A DNA stretch of 64,000 nucleotides from Pirellulales bacterium (GTDB taxonomy: Bacteria; Planctomycetota; Planctomycetia; Pirellulales; PALSA-1355): NCBI GenBank assembly GCA_963733035.1, contig CAVTBU010000005.1, positions 320,001 through 384,000 on the forward strand, given 5' to 3'. The position numbers and the translations under genes were made by a program. Numbering within the stretch: the stretch's first letter is position 1; each line of letters starts with the position of its first letter. The notes under the pieces are model-generated. The model did not search any database. It was not told the origin of the DNA and worked only from the letters and a program-made list of their open reading frames with translations. This document shows, piece after piece, positions 41,339-52,013 of this stretch.

Positions 41339-43385
41339 TCAAGCGACCACGTCGGTGATCTCCGTCGTCGATGGCGCCGCCTGCTGGCGACGGCTCATCT
41401 GCCGCCACAGTTGGCGAAGTTGGTCGCTTGTACTCTGCGGCAGCCGGCCACGAGCGTAGGCGGCCCGGGAGTAAAGCTCGGCTAGATTGCGGGCGTCGGT
41501 GGCGATTTCGCGATTCAGGCGGCCGACGTCGCGGGCCAGTTCGTGCGGAGTTTGATCGGCGTCGCGCTGGCAGCCGTGCTCGCGCGACCAGGCTTCGAAG
41601 GCCTCGAAGCTGTAGCGGACCAGTTCCTCCGGGGCCAGGCCAGATGCCGCGCCGCTGGCAAACGGATCGGCAAAGCTCGCAAACGGCGGCGGCGGAACGC
41701 GAATGTCGAGCACGGCGTCCTCGGCTACACCGTAATCGCGCTTGCCGCCCCACAGCGTCCGCCACCAGTTACGAAGCTCGGTGAGAAAATTGCGGATTGC
41801 CCGCAGAACTTCGTGCCAATAGCGCCACAAGGCGAGCAGCACTGCCAGGATAAACAGACCATAGAAGATGTATTTTGCAATCGTCATCAGCGGACTTAGC
41901 GGCGCCTCGAAAGACGGGATGTCCATTGGCTCGGAAGCTTGACTTTCAGCGTCCGCACTCGGTTCGGCCTGCTGACTCTGTTCGCCTTTCGGCTTGTTCT
42001 CATAGGGGGCCGCCAATTCCTTTTGCGCCTCTCGATACTTCTTCATGTTCCGCACAAATTCAGACTCGCGCGGAGTGTCTGTTTCTTCTGGCTGGCTGTT
42101 TTGCTCGGAAGGCGACTGTTGCTCGTTCTGAGCGGCCTGGCTGTCTGCGCCCTGTGCGGACTTACCAGACGGGCCGGACGACGGTTTGGACTGAGATGGC
42201 CGCGATTGCTGTTTGTCTCCTTGGCCTTGCTTTTCCGAAGATTGCCCGCTCGATTGATCGCTAGATTGCCGCTTGCCCGGCTGTTCACCTTGTCCGGAGC
42301 CCTCGCCGGGCGAGTCACCGGGCGAGTCGCCGCTTGCCTTGCCGGCCGACTGGCCGCCAGGTTGATGGCCAGTACCTTCCGGGGGATGATCGCCGGCTTG
42401 GAGTTCATTTTCTTTTTCTGCCGCCGGGCCTTGCTGATCGTCATGCGTGCCGTTTTTTTTGGAGGGGGCAAAGCGAGACGCTTGCTGATCTGGCGAGCCG
42501 ACGTTGAACGGCAGTTTCGAAATCGCGTATTCCGCGCTCGGCCGCGGCAGCAGCGCCGCCGTCACGATCAACACAGCGACGATGGCGGTGCCGGTCGCAA
42601 GCCAGAGATTGGCCATCATCGTCGGCATTTCGATACGGCGCTGGCGCAGATAGCGCCGCAGGCCGAGGAAGCTGGTCGTGAGTAGCAGTCCCAATCCGCT
42701 GGCTACGTAGACACACAACAGTAAAAAGACGTAGCGACGTCCGCCGGTGTCCGACGCGGGAATCAGCCATTGTCCCAGGCCAAAGATCGGCAGAGCCGCC
42801 AGTGAAAAATACACCACCCAAACGCCCGGCGCGTGCGGCCGTCGCTGATGCTCGACGTAGCGCTGCCAAAAGCTCGCGGGAACTTGCCGCGTAGTCGTGC
42901 CGGCCAGGCGCTCTTGGTCTGCAACCGCGTTTCGCTCGTCAGCCGGCCTCTCCAACCCGACGACCTGCATCAATCCTTCGCCAGATGAATCTTCCGCGTC
43001 GTCGACTACCGTGCAATCCCAGGTCAATTGATGGGCGCACCACCAGACGATTCCGATCACGGTGAAATTGATGATCCAACTGTACGGATCGACCCACGTG
43101 CCCTGGTATTCCATGAATCGGTTGGCGGCGATGCCGACCAGGATGGCCAAGACCGCGCCAAACGGTGCCGCCCGCTCGAATCCCTGTTCGATCGAGATCC
43201 GGCCGATCAGGACGGCGGCAAACACGAAGCAGGCCATCACGAAGTGCAATCGTTCTTGAAATTGCCCCTGGTAAAACACGCGTAGCAGAAAGAACATCAA
43301 GCTGCCGACCAGCGCCATGATCGAGCGCCGGGCTGATGGCGATCACGACGTAGTCGGCCAGCGTTTGATGGAGGCGGCGAGGCAT
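41339..43385 (-). CDS. Membrane protein with low-complexity linker and C-terminal DUF4129; frameshift near 43322
   Basis: MPRRLHQTLADYVVIAISPAL then IMALVGSL in another frame; several TMs; G/S/Q/P-rich linker; RDADQTPHELA...ELYSRAAYA. Confidence 0.8.
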
Positions 43386-43431
43386 ATTAACAGGATGCAG
43401 CCAGAAGGCTGGCAAGTGAAACAACACTTCC

Positions 43432-44772
43432 CTATTGATAAATCGATTGCGGGATGTCGGGGGCCGACTGCAGGACATGGGCCTGGCAGACGCTGCTGAC
43501 GCTCGTTTCGTCGCGGAGGTGGCGCGCGTCGATCTGCTCTGCCAGCAGCTTACCAGCCGCTGCGGCGTACTCGCGATCTTCGTAGATGCTGACCAGCGCC
43601 GTCACGGCAAAACCTCGTCGCCGGAGGTTGCCCAGCGCCACGGCGGTTTCGTCGCTGACGCTTGTCAGAATGGCAACCACGGTTGCATCGCGCGGCAGGC
43701 GCGGGGCGGTCTCCATGACCAGTTGCGCCAGTGTCAGGCCGTCGGTCAACTCGGCCCGCGCGAGCGTTTCGAGAATTCGCATGAGTTGTTCCGGGCCCCG
43801 GCGCGTCTCGACGACGAGCGGTTGCAGCCGGTCGCTGGCGTCGCGCATGCTAGCGGCACGCATGGCGGCGTCGCGGGTGCGAATGTCAAAGTCCCAGCCT
43901 TCCTGGCGAATGCGGTCGGCGGCGTCGCGGGCGTTGGTCACCAGCCCCACCTGCTGGCCCATTTGAAACACGGCGTTGGCCAATGATGCGGCGGCCGTGA
44001 CCGCCAATTCCGATCGCATCGGTTCGTGCCGCGCTTCGAATGAATCCCGATGAAAATCGAGCACGACGGTAATGCCGGCGACCGTCGAGGGCTCGTAGAT
44101 CTTGCTGTGTAGCTCGCCGGTCCGCGCGGTTGCGCGCCAATGTATGCGGTTCAGTGGATCGCCCGATTCGTAGCGCCGCACGCCGGCCATGCGCGTGGGA
44201 TCCTCGAACAGGCGATAGCTCATTTTCACTTCGCCGATCGGCCGCCGCGAAGCCAGATCGAATCCGGCCAGCGGCTGCACCTGTGGATAGACGAGCAGAA
44301 AATGCGGCTCGGTGGCCACGCGGTAGCGGCGATGCAGACCGAACACGTCTCCCGTCTCGAGCACCAGGGGACCAATCTGGTAATAGCCGCGGCGGTTGCA
44401 CTGCAGTTGGTAGTAGACGGTCTTGCGACCACGGCGGCCAAACATGGCCAGATTTAGTCGTTTGCCGCTAGGACGCAGACTAGGCGGGTCATAGACAAGC
44501 GAGTCGCGCGGCAGCAGATCTTCGGCCAAGACCCAGGCAATCGGCAGCGCTCCGCGATTCTCGATGTTGATGACCACGGCCACGCTTTCGCCGACATAGG
44601 CGGCCAATCGATTGCACTCCCGCGTGGCCGAAAGATTCTCGGACCAGGTGCGGGCCAAAAAGCGGCTGACCAGCATCACGCCTAGGAGCGTGTACATGGC
44701 ATAGGCCAACAGCCCCAGGTTGAACGCCAGGGCCACGACCAGCAACGACGTTGCTCCCAGGAACCATTTCAT
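43432..44772 (-). CDS. DUF58 domain protein
   Basis: RRGYYQIGPL, LLVYP, GVRRYESGDPLNRIHWRATARTG. Confidence 0.92.
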   Translation of the reverse strand: MKWFLGATSLLVVALAFNLGLLAYAMYTLLGVMLVSRFLARTWSENLSATRECNRLAAYVGESVAVVINIENRGALPIAWVLAEDLLPRDSLVYDPPSLRPSGKRLNLAMFGRRGRKTVYYQLQCNRRGYYQIGPLVLETGDVFGLHRRYRVATEPHFLLVYPQVQPLAGFDLASRRPIGEVKMSYRLFEDPTRMAGVRRYESGDPLNRIHWRATARTGELHSKIYEPSTVAGITVVLDFHRDSFEARHEPMRSELAVTAAASLANAVFQMGQQVGLVTNARDAADRIRQEGWDFDIRTRDAAMRAASMRDASDRLQPLVVETRRGPEQLMRILETLARAELTDGLTLAQLVMETAPRLPRDATVVAILTSVSDETAVALGNLRRRGFAVTALVSIYEDREYAAAAGKLLAEQIDARHLRDETSVSSVCQAHVLQSAPDIPQSIYQ

Positions 44773-45728
44773 GACGCGCGGGCTTCGGCGGCCATCGTGG
44801 GAACGGGAATTTCGCTCAAAATCTCCTCGACGATCGAGGCGCTGGTCACTTTGCGCAGGCGGCTTTCGGGCCGCACGATCAGTCGGTGCGTGAGCACCGC
44901 CGGAGCAACGCGTTTCACGTCGTCGGGCAGCACGAAGTTGCGCCCCAAAATCGCGGCCATCGCCTGCCCGGTGCGGAACAAGGCGAGCGACGCACGGGGA
45001 CTGCCACCAAGGCTTAACTCCTCGTGCGTGCGGGTTTCGTGCACGATCTGCATCAGGTAGCGGCGGACCTTTTCGTCGACGTGCACCTCGCGAACGGCGC
45101 GTTGGCAGGCGACCAGGTCGGCCGCCGAGACGACCGGCTCGAGCTTGTCGAGCGGATGGCCGTGCTCGAGCATGTCGAGCATTTTCAGCTCCTGATCCAT
45201 GGTCGGGTAGCCGAGGCTGAAACGGACCAAAAAGCGGTCAAGCTGCGCCTCGGGAAGCGGGAAAGTACCTTCGTGATCGACCGGGTTCTGCGTGCCAATG
45301 ACCAGGAATGGCTGGTCGAGCGTGTGCGTGATGCCGTCGACCGAAACGCGGCCTTCGGCCATCGCCTCAAGCAGCGCGGCTTGCGTACGCGGAGTGGCGC
45401 GATTGATTTCGTCAGCCAAGACGATCTGGGCAAAAATCGGTCCAGCACGGAACTCGAACTCCGTCGATTTGGGATTGAATACGCTCGCGCCTGTAACATC
45501 GGTCGGGAGCAGGTCGGGCGTGCACTGGATGCGCTTGAACGAACAGCCGACGCTGGCCGAGAGGGCCCGGGCAAGCATGGTCTTGGCCACGCCCGGCACG
45601 TCTTCGAGCAGGATGTGCCCTTCACAAAACCAACTCACCAGCGAGAGCACAATCTGCGAACGCTTGCCGACGATGACGTTCTCGACATTGCCGATGATGC
45701 GCTTGGCTGTCGTGGCAACTTCCGCCAT
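44769..45728 (-). CDS. MoxR family AAA+ ATPase
   Basis: GHILLEDVPGVAKT, RIQCTPDLLPTD, LADEINRATPRTQ, GTFPLPEAQLDRF. Confidence 0.96.
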   Translation of the reverse strand: MAEVATTAKRIIGNVENVIVGKRSQIVLSLVSWFCEGHILLEDVPGVAKTMLARALSASVGCSFKRIQCTPDLLPTDVTGASVFNPKSTEFEFRAGPIFAQIVLADEINRATPRTQAALLEAMAEGRVSVDGITHTLDQPFLVIGTQNPVDHEGTFPLPEAQLDRFLVRFSLGYPTMDQELKMLDMLEHGHPLDKLEPVVSAADLVACQRAVREVHVDEKVRRYLMQIVHETRTHEELSLGGSPRASLALFRTGQAMAAILGRNFVLPDDVKRVAPAVLTHRLIVRPESRLRKVTSASIVEEILSEIPVPTMAAEARAS

Positions 45729-45891
45729 GGCTCATGGCCTCGGGGTCTCAGTTCCGGCTACCAGAGTGGTAAGCCTTCATGCTACCCCGGAAATGGGCAG
45801 TTCGCCACCTGGGACGAAACCGACGGAATAACTCTGCATTCACTGGCTCGGCGGAGCAGTACCTAACGGGACACGAATTGCATTCCCCGAC

Positions 45892-45947
45892 GAAAGCGGC
45901 TGGGAGAACGCACCCGGCCGCATGACTAAGGCTTGCTTCCCAGCCGC
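45892..45947 (-). terminator. Possible terminator after the TlpA-like gene
   Basis: 10-bp inverted repeat GCGGCTGGGA/TCCCAGCCGC with long loop and short T-run. Confidence 0.4.
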
Positions 45948-45970
45948 AACCATATGCCATACGGCGACGG

Positions 45971-47146
45971 TTATTGCGTGGTGGATGTCTTTTCTTCTTC
46001 CGCCGGCTTGTCGTCAGCCGGTTCGGCGGGGCCCAGCAGCTCTTCCAGCAGTCGGCTTAGCTCCGGGCCGCGGGCTCGGGTGCTGACGACGTTCCCTTCT
46101 TTATCGACCAGGATGACGGTTGGAATGCCCATCACGCCGTAGTAGTTGGCCACGGGGTTGTCGCCCCAGTCGCCGTCGTGCAGCGTAACCCAAGGGTTTT
46201 GCTCGTCGGCAAGGAACTTCTCCAGAGCCTGGCGGTCGCGGTCAAGACTGATGCCGACAACGTCAAAACCCTTGTCATGGTAGAGCTCGTAGTTTTTCTT
46301 TACATTCGGCAACTCCGCACGGCACGGGCCGCACCAGGTGGCCCAAAAGTCCACCAGTACGACCTTGCCACGGTACTTGGCCCAATCGAACTTGCTGCCG
46401 TCCATTTCGGTGCCCGTGATTTCCATCGGATGCCCGATGAGCCCCAATCGCCGGGCCGCGCCTTCCATCTGTTCACCCATCTTGGCAGTCGTTGCAACGG
46501 GGCTCTTGGCCAGAATGCTTCCCAGCTCGCGATAGACGACGATCGCTTCGGCGGAATTGCCGCCGTACTCGAAACTCGAGGCGAGGGTACGGGCCGCCGC
46601 CACCGCGTACTTGGAGGGATTGTCGTGGGCGGCAAAATAGTTCTTCAAGTCGTCAAGCAACTGGCCTTTCTCTTCGTCGCTGGCATTGCGCTCCTGCGAC
46701 CGAGCATAGAGCAAATAGGCTTCCACGTCGCCGTACGTGGGCAGCTTCTTTTCCACGTCGGTGGCCAGCTTCTGAATCTTTTCGGCCGCCTCCTTCATGG
46801 CCTGCGTGCCACGGAGTCGGAACTGAAGGTATTCCTCCTGCGTTTTGGGCGAAAAGTCTGCCAGCTCCTTGAAGAAAGCCATCAATTTCTTGACGTCTCC
46901 TTCGGGCACGGCAAACCGATCGACTTTCGGCTCCTTCTCATCGTCGCCCGCCTCTTCTGACTTCTTTTCCTCGGACTTGTCGTCTTGTTGAGCGAAGGCG
47001 AGCTCAGCGACTACCGCGTGATCTGGTTTCACAATAGGTTTGGCCGTCCCCGAAGCGGACGGTTCTTTGGCCGATGCGCTCGCGCCTGCCAACACCACTA
47101 GCCCCGCCGCCCACATCAGCCCTTGGGTGAATCGTCGCACGATCAT
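45971..47146 (-). CDS. Exported TlpA/ResA-like thiol-disulfide oxidoreductase
   Basis: Signal peptide; GKVVLVDFWATWCGPC; GIPT; long helical N-domain. Confidence 0.92.
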   Translation of the reverse strand: MIVRRFTQGLMWAAGLVVLAGASASAKEPSASGTAKPIVKPDHAVVAELAFAQQDDKSEEKKSEEAGDDEKEPKVDRFAVPEGDVKKLMAFFKELADFSPKTQEEYLQFRLRGTQAMKEAAEKIQKLATDVEKKLPTYGDVEAYLLYARSQERNASDEEKGQLLDDLKNYFAAHDNPSKYAVAAARTLASSFEYGGNSAEAIVVYRELGSILAKSPVATTAKMGEQMEGAARRLGLIGHPMEITGTEMDGSKFDWAKYRGKVVLVDFWATWCGPCRAELPNVKKNYELYHDKGFDVVGISLDRDRQALEKFLADEQNPWVTLHDGDWGDNPVANYYGVMGIPTVILVDKEGNVVSTRARGPELSRLLEELLGPAEPADDKPAEEEKTSTTQ

Positions 47147-47374
47147 GGCTTGGCCTCCTAATTGAGTGAAGTCACCCTATTCCGAGCGTTTACCTACAAC
47201 AACTATAGTCTTATAGAATTGAGCCGAGAGAATCCATCCTTTTACGGACACGAATCCTGCCAGTTTACTCCACTTGAGATCCGGCAAGGGGGACCGGTAG
47301 CACGAGCTCCCGGCATTGTGTAGCTTGTCGATCAAGTCAGTCCTCAACGAGACCGGTTTGGCCTGGAGATTGCC

Positions 47375-48301
47375 GTGCGAGCGATTAGCAAAGTTGCGCC
47401 CGATTGGTGGGACTACACGACCCTCGATACCGAACTACTGGACGATGCGGCGCGGCTCTCGGCGGAAGACTTGCTGGGCCTTTCACGCCAAGGTTTTACG
47501 GTCCGATTCTATGACACGATCGAGGACTTCTATCTGGCCGAGGCCCTGGAGTACATCACCGCCTGGCGGCAAGCCACGGCCGACAATCCGGCGGGCATCT
47601 GTGGCCCGATCGGCCCGACCGAACAGTTGCCGCTCGTGGCGCGACTGGTCAACGAACTGGAGTTGGATCTGCGGCATGCGCACTTCTGGGGCATGGACGA
47701 ATGGGCGGTCGACGGCCGCGAGGTTGGCGAGGACTTTGCGCTGAGCTTTGCCCGCGCCGACAAGGAGCTGTGTTTCAACCGCATCCGCCCCGAGTTGCAA
47801 ATACCGGACAGCCATTTGCATTTCCCGGGCATTGATTCGACAGCCTACAGCCGCAGTTACGACGAGGTGCGCTGCGTGGTGATGCAGGGAGGTCAAGGCG
47901 AAGTGAAGCACTGGGCCTTCAACGATCCGGTGCGCCGCGGCGGCCAGTATCAGGACGCACCGCCCTCGCCCGAGGAGTACCGCAGGCTGGGTACGCGGCT
48001 CGTTGAGCTGCATCCCATGACTTTGATTCAAAACGCGCGCACCAGCGGCGGTGGCGTGGTGACGGGTGTGCCGACGCACGCCATCACCGTCGGCCCTCTG
48101 GAAACATGGAAGGCCGAGAAGGTGTCGATCTGGCACGCTGGCACGCACGACAATCCGTTCGGACTGCGGCTTACATCACTGATGATTGCCGAGCGGCTTC
48201 CCGATTCATCGGTGCCCATGTCGCTGTTGGCCGATCACCCGAACGTGCAGTTCAATTTTTTCCGGCCGGGCATCGGAACGTGTACGACAGAAATGCACTG
48301 A
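47375..48301 (+). CDS. Glucosamine-6-phosphate isomerase/deaminase-like (divergent NagB fold)
   Basis: [47 protein letters not shown]. Confidence 0.78.
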   Translation: MRAISKVAPDWWDYTTLDTELLDDAARLSAEDLLGLSRQGFTVRFYDTIEDFYLAEALEYITAWRQATADNPAGICGPIGPTEQLPLVARLVNELELDLRHAHFWGMDEWAVDGREVGEDFALSFARADKELCFNRIRPELQIPDSHLHFPGIDSTAYSRSYDEVRCVVMQGGQGEVKHWAFNDPVRRGGQYQDAPPSPEEYRRLGTRLVELHPMTLIQNARTSGGGVVTGVPTHAITVGPLETWKAEKVSIWHAGTHDNPFGLRLTSLMIAERLPDSSVPMSLLADHPNVQFNFFRPGIGTCTTEMH

Positions 48302-48356
48302 CAAGCGGTTCGTGCAATGGGGTGAAGGATCAGACAGGTAAAAAGGGGAAACTCCG

Positions 48357-49151
48357 ATGGGCAAGGAGAGAAAGCCGCGAGCATTTGCGGTGGCCGCGCA
48401 TCCAGACGATATCGAATTCGTGATGGCGGGGACGATGATTCTGCTCGGCCGCGCCGGGTACGAGCTGCACTACATGAATATCGCCAATGGCTGCTGTGGC
48501 TCGACCGAATACAGTGCTGCACACACGGCCGAGATTCGCGCCCGCGAAGGGCTGGCCGCGGCCGATTCGATTGGGGCGGAGTTCCACCCTAGTTTGGTCA
48601 ACGATCTGGAGATTTTCTACAACCACGAAACGCTGAGTCAATTGGCCGCCGTGATGCGCGAGGTGGCGCCGACGATCCTACTGGTGCACTCGCCGATCGA
48701 CTACATGGAAGACCACATGAACGCCTGCCGGTTAGCACTCACGGCGGCGTTTGCACGCGGCATGCCCAACTATCCGACCCAGCCATCGCGCGAACCGGTG
48801 GAAGAGCCGGTCACCGTCTACCACGCCCAACCTCATGGGAATCGCGATCCATTGGGTGCGGTGGTGCGACCGAGCATCTTCGTGAATATCGGCCCCGTGA
48901 TGCAGGAGAAGACGGCCATGTTGGCCTGCCACAAGAGCCAGCAGCAGTGGCTCGACACGAGCCAGGGACTCGACTCCTATTTGGCGGCGATGCAGGACTT
49001 GTCACGCGAGGTGGGACAGATGTCCGGACGGTTTGAGTTCGCCGAAGGCTGGCGACGGCACAATCACCTCGGATTTGGCGATCCGCATGCCGATCCGCTG
49101 GTCTCGGCGCTAGCGGCCGAAGTTTTAGGGCCTTTGGAGGCGTCAGGCTGA
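48357..49151 (+). CDS. PIG-L/LmbE family Zn-dependent de-N-acetylase
   Basis: [28 protein letters not shown]. Confidence 0.9.
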   Translation: MGKERKPRAFAVAAHPDDIEFVMAGTMILLGRAGYELHYMNIANGCCGSTEYSAAHTAEIRAREGLAAADSIGAEFHPSLVNDLEIFYNHETLSQLAAVMREVAPTILLVHSPIDYMEDHMNACRLALTAAFARGMPNYPTQPSREPVEEPVTVYHAQPHGNRDPLGAVVRPSIFVNIGPVMQEKTAMLACHKSQQQWLDTSQGLDSYLAAMQDLSREVGQMSGRFEFAEGWRRHNHLGFGDPHADPLVSALAAEVLGPLEASG

Positions 49152-49267
49152 ACCGCGTCACCGGTTTGTCCCACAAGTATCGTCTGGCCACCGAGCGAGG
49201 GCATGTAGCGGTCTTAACGACAGTGCAAGCCCTTGCAGCGTAAGTTGCTTGGACACTGGATCTTAGC

Positions 49268-49295
49268 TTGACAGTGCCCCCCGCAGGACTATCAT
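49268..49295 (+). promoter_or_regulatory. Sigma-70 promoter upstream of the STAS gene
   Basis: TTGACA-16 bp-TATCAT. Confidence 0.6.
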
Positions 49296-49465
49296 TAGAT
49301 TTTTGCGGAACCATTTGTCGCGAATACAATTACGACAAATGGAGCCGACCGGGCAACCAGCCTGCGAGGCAAGGACGAGTTAACGACTGGATAAGAATCG
49401 ACTCGATCTGGCTTGCGTCGCCCCTTGGCGGCGGACGCTGGAAATCGACATGAGGAGCACGATTG

Positions 49466-49819
49466 ATGGCCGTTCATCGGCGGTTGCAATTGAATGAAGT
49501 CGGCGACGTGACCGTGGTACGGTTCGTCGACCGCAAGATCCTCGACGAAGCCAACATTCAGGAGTTGGGGCAGGAATTGTTTCAACTGATCGAGGAGGAA
49601 GATCGCAAGAGTTTGCTGCTCAACTTTTCGTCCGTCGAGTTCCTGTCGAGTGCCGCGCTCGGCAAGTTGATCACGCTCGATAAAAAGGTTAAGGCCCACG
49701 GCGGAAAACTAAAGCTCAGCAATATCCGACCTGAAATATACGAAGTCTTCGCCATCACGAAGCTCAACAAGTTGTTCGACATCAAAGACGACGAGGCCGA
49801 CGCGCTAGCCAGCTTCTAG
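49466..49819 (+). CDS. STAS anti-sigma factor antagonist (RsbV/SpoIIAA-like)
   Basis: LLLNFSSVEFLSSAALGKL, IYEVFAITKL; GAGGAG RBS. Confidence 0.93.
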   Translation: MAVHRRLQLNEVGDVTVVRFVDRKILDEANIQELGQELFQLIEEEDRKSLLLNFSSVEFLSSAALGKLITLDKKVKAHGGKLKLSNIRPEIYEVFAITKLNKLFDIKDDEADALASF

Positions 49820-50017
49820 CGCATGGGCCGATTCCCTCTTTAGGCGGCTCTCTGGCGATTCGGGGAGCATGTGCACATCCTGGCAGGGTGTGACCCATGC
49901 AAATCGGTTCGCTTCGGCCCCGCAAGAGGACAGTGGCGGGCCATCGCCCCAGCGCGATGGCAAGGGGACGCGCCTAGTGCAATGACCTGGCGGGCGCGTC
50001 AGGAAACGCGGTGAGCC

Positions 50018-50476
50018 ATGTCAAAAAATTCCGCAGCCTGGACTTACGAACAAACGATCCCCAGCGAATTGCACGAGGGGCATCGGGTACTCGAGGAATT
50101 GCTAAGCCGTCTGCAGTCCGAGGGCTGGGATTCAAGGCAAATCTTTGGCATTCGCCTGGCCCTGGAAGAAGCCGTCGTCAACGCCATCAAACATGGCAAC
50201 TGCTTGGACTGCCAAAAACAGGTGCACGTCATCTGCCAATCGACGTCCGATAAAATCTGGATCAAGGTCAGCGACCAAGGCCAGGGGTTCAATCCCCAGG
50301 AAGTACCCGATTGCACCGACGCCCAGCACATCGACCGCCCGAATGGCCGCGGCATTATGCTGATGCGAAACTTCATGAGCCGGGTCGAATACAACAAGAA
50401 GGGCAATGTCGTGGAAATGGAAAAACTCCGCGACAACGGCCATTCTGACCCGGTGGACGAAGCGGACGAACGCTAG
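50018..50476 (+). CDS. Anti-sigma factor Ser kinase (RsbW-like HATPase_c)
   Basis: LALEEAVVNAIKHGN, DQGQGF, GRGIMLM. Confidence 0.92.
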   Translation: MSKNSAAWTYEQTIPSELHEGHRVLEELLSRLQSEGWDSRQIFGIRLALEEAVVNAIKHGNCLDCQKQVHVICQSTSDKIWIKVSDQGQGFNPQEVPDCTDAQHIDRPNGRGIMLMRNFMSRVEYNKKGNVVEMEKLRDNGHSDPVDEADER

Positions 50477-50593
50477 CACCGTAGCGCCCTCGACTGCCCT
50501 TGAACCGCAAGGGCGATTTGGCTACAAGCCACGTCCCATTTTCCCCCGTCCCTTACCGTCCCGGACGATTGGATGCGTCCAGGAGTTGGGTTC

Positions 50594-51745
50594 ATGTGGT
50601 GGCGCGCGACAATTCTGTCACTGTTTACGGTGCTCGCCGGCCATGCTGCGCTCGGCGACGGCTTTCCGTACGTGGCCTACGTCAATTCCACCGACGTTTA
50701 CGTACGCAGCGGCCCGGGCCGCGACTACTACCCCACCGACAAACTGCCCAAGGGGGAACGGGTGGAAGTCTATCGCCACGATCCGGGCGGTTGGCTGGCC
50801 ATTCGTCCTCCCCGCGATAGTTTCAGTTGGGTATCGGCGCGGCACCTCGACCTGGAAGAGGGCGAGCTGGCCGTTGCCAACACCGACCGCGTGGTGGCCC
50901 GCGTCGGTAGCGCATTTAGCGACGTGCGCGACGTGATCCAAGTGCGCCTGGACCGCGACGAACAAGTGCGATTGTTGGAGCCGCCGCGTAGTGATTCTCC
51001 GTGGTGCAAGATCGCGCCTCCCGCCGGCGAATTTCGCTGGATTTTTGCAAAGTACGTGGATCGCCAACTCCCGCAGGACCTGGCCGAGGACGAGCACGAA
51101 GCCCGAGGATCCACGGCGCTGGTCGAAACGCGGACGGTAGATGGAGTGCGGCTGACCGCGGGCAGCAACGACGCGGATACGGCCGTCGACCCCGAAACGC
51201 GGCAACAGTTCGTCAGCGATCTCCAGCGGCTGCGCGAGCTGGAGGACATCGAGCTGGATCTCTCGGAAATCGTCGCCGAGGACATTTCACAGTGGTCCTT
51301 CACCGAGTTGCAAAAGCGGGCCGAGCTGGCACTCCGCGCGGCGCAGGGTTCGCTCGAGCGGGGACGGGCACGCGTGCTACTCGACAAATTGGCGCGGTTC
51401 GACGACATCAAACGTCGGCACGACGATGTCCGCGCCGGTGCCACGGCTCGACAGTCGGCACCGGCATTGACCAGCGTCTCACCGCTGGGAATGCGCGATC
51501 AACGATTTGACGGCGTGGGCCGATTGTCGCCTGTCGTTTCGCAAAAGACCGGCGGACCGCAGTACGCCTTGCTCGATCAATCCGGCGCGGTACTGTCGTT
51601 CGTCACGCCGGCGCCGGGAATCAACCTGCGTCAGTTCGTCGACCAATACGTTGGCGTCAACGGCCAGCGCGGCTATCTTCCCGACCTGCAGCGGCAGCAC
51701 GTGAGCGTGCAGCGGGTAACAGTGTTGGACGTCAAGCGCCGTTAG
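50594..51745 (+). CDS. Exported protein with two bacterial SH3-like domains
   Basis: AGGAG RBS, signal peptide, VYVRSGPG..Y...GWLAIRPP..SWV; second repeat WCKIAPP..FRWI. Confidence 0.75.
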   Translation: MWWRATILSLFTVLAGHAALGDGFPYVAYVNSTDVYVRSGPGRDYYPTDKLPKGERVEVYRHDPGGWLAIRPPRDSFSWVSARHLDLEEGELAVANTDRVVARVGSAFSDVRDVIQVRLDRDEQVRLLEPPRSDSPWCKIAPPAGEFRWIFAKYVDRQLPQDLAEDEHEARGSTALVETRTVDGVRLTAGSNDADTAVDPETRQQFVSDLQRLRELEDIELDLSEIVAEDISQWSFTELQKRAELALRAAQGSLERGRARVLLDKLARFDDIKRRHDDVRAGATARQSAPALTSVSPLGMRDQRFDGVGRLSPVVSQKTGGPQYALLDQSGAVLSFVTPAPGINLRQFVDQYVGVNGQRGYLPDLQRQHVSVQRVTVLDVKRR

Positions 51746-52013
51746 CCAAATTCGCTGGCCGGCCTCTTGCCCATTCCTCCCAGTCAATCCTGGATGAATG
51801 TTGCCTTTCCACTTCGTACGTCCTAAGGCTACGCCGATCGGCACGACCTGCTAGCTGCCGTCAGCCAGCGACCGCGCGGCGAAAAATTTCTCTCGCCTCA
51901 GCCGCTTCCCCGAGCCGAAAATCTTCTAACGTCGGCAGAGCCGACCAAGTCTGCCGCCTGGGCTCTTTGCAGCCTCGGTGGACCGGGGGAAGATCTGGGA
52001 TTGGGGGGAAACC

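Noticed and set aside
41940..42440. Repeat array or CRISPR in the low-complexity stretch
   Set aside because: Only short coding repeats within a disordered linker; no repeat-spacer periodicity
49300..49460. Riboswitch in the STAS leader
   Set aside because: Could not match a known aptamer consensus by eye; needs an Rfam search
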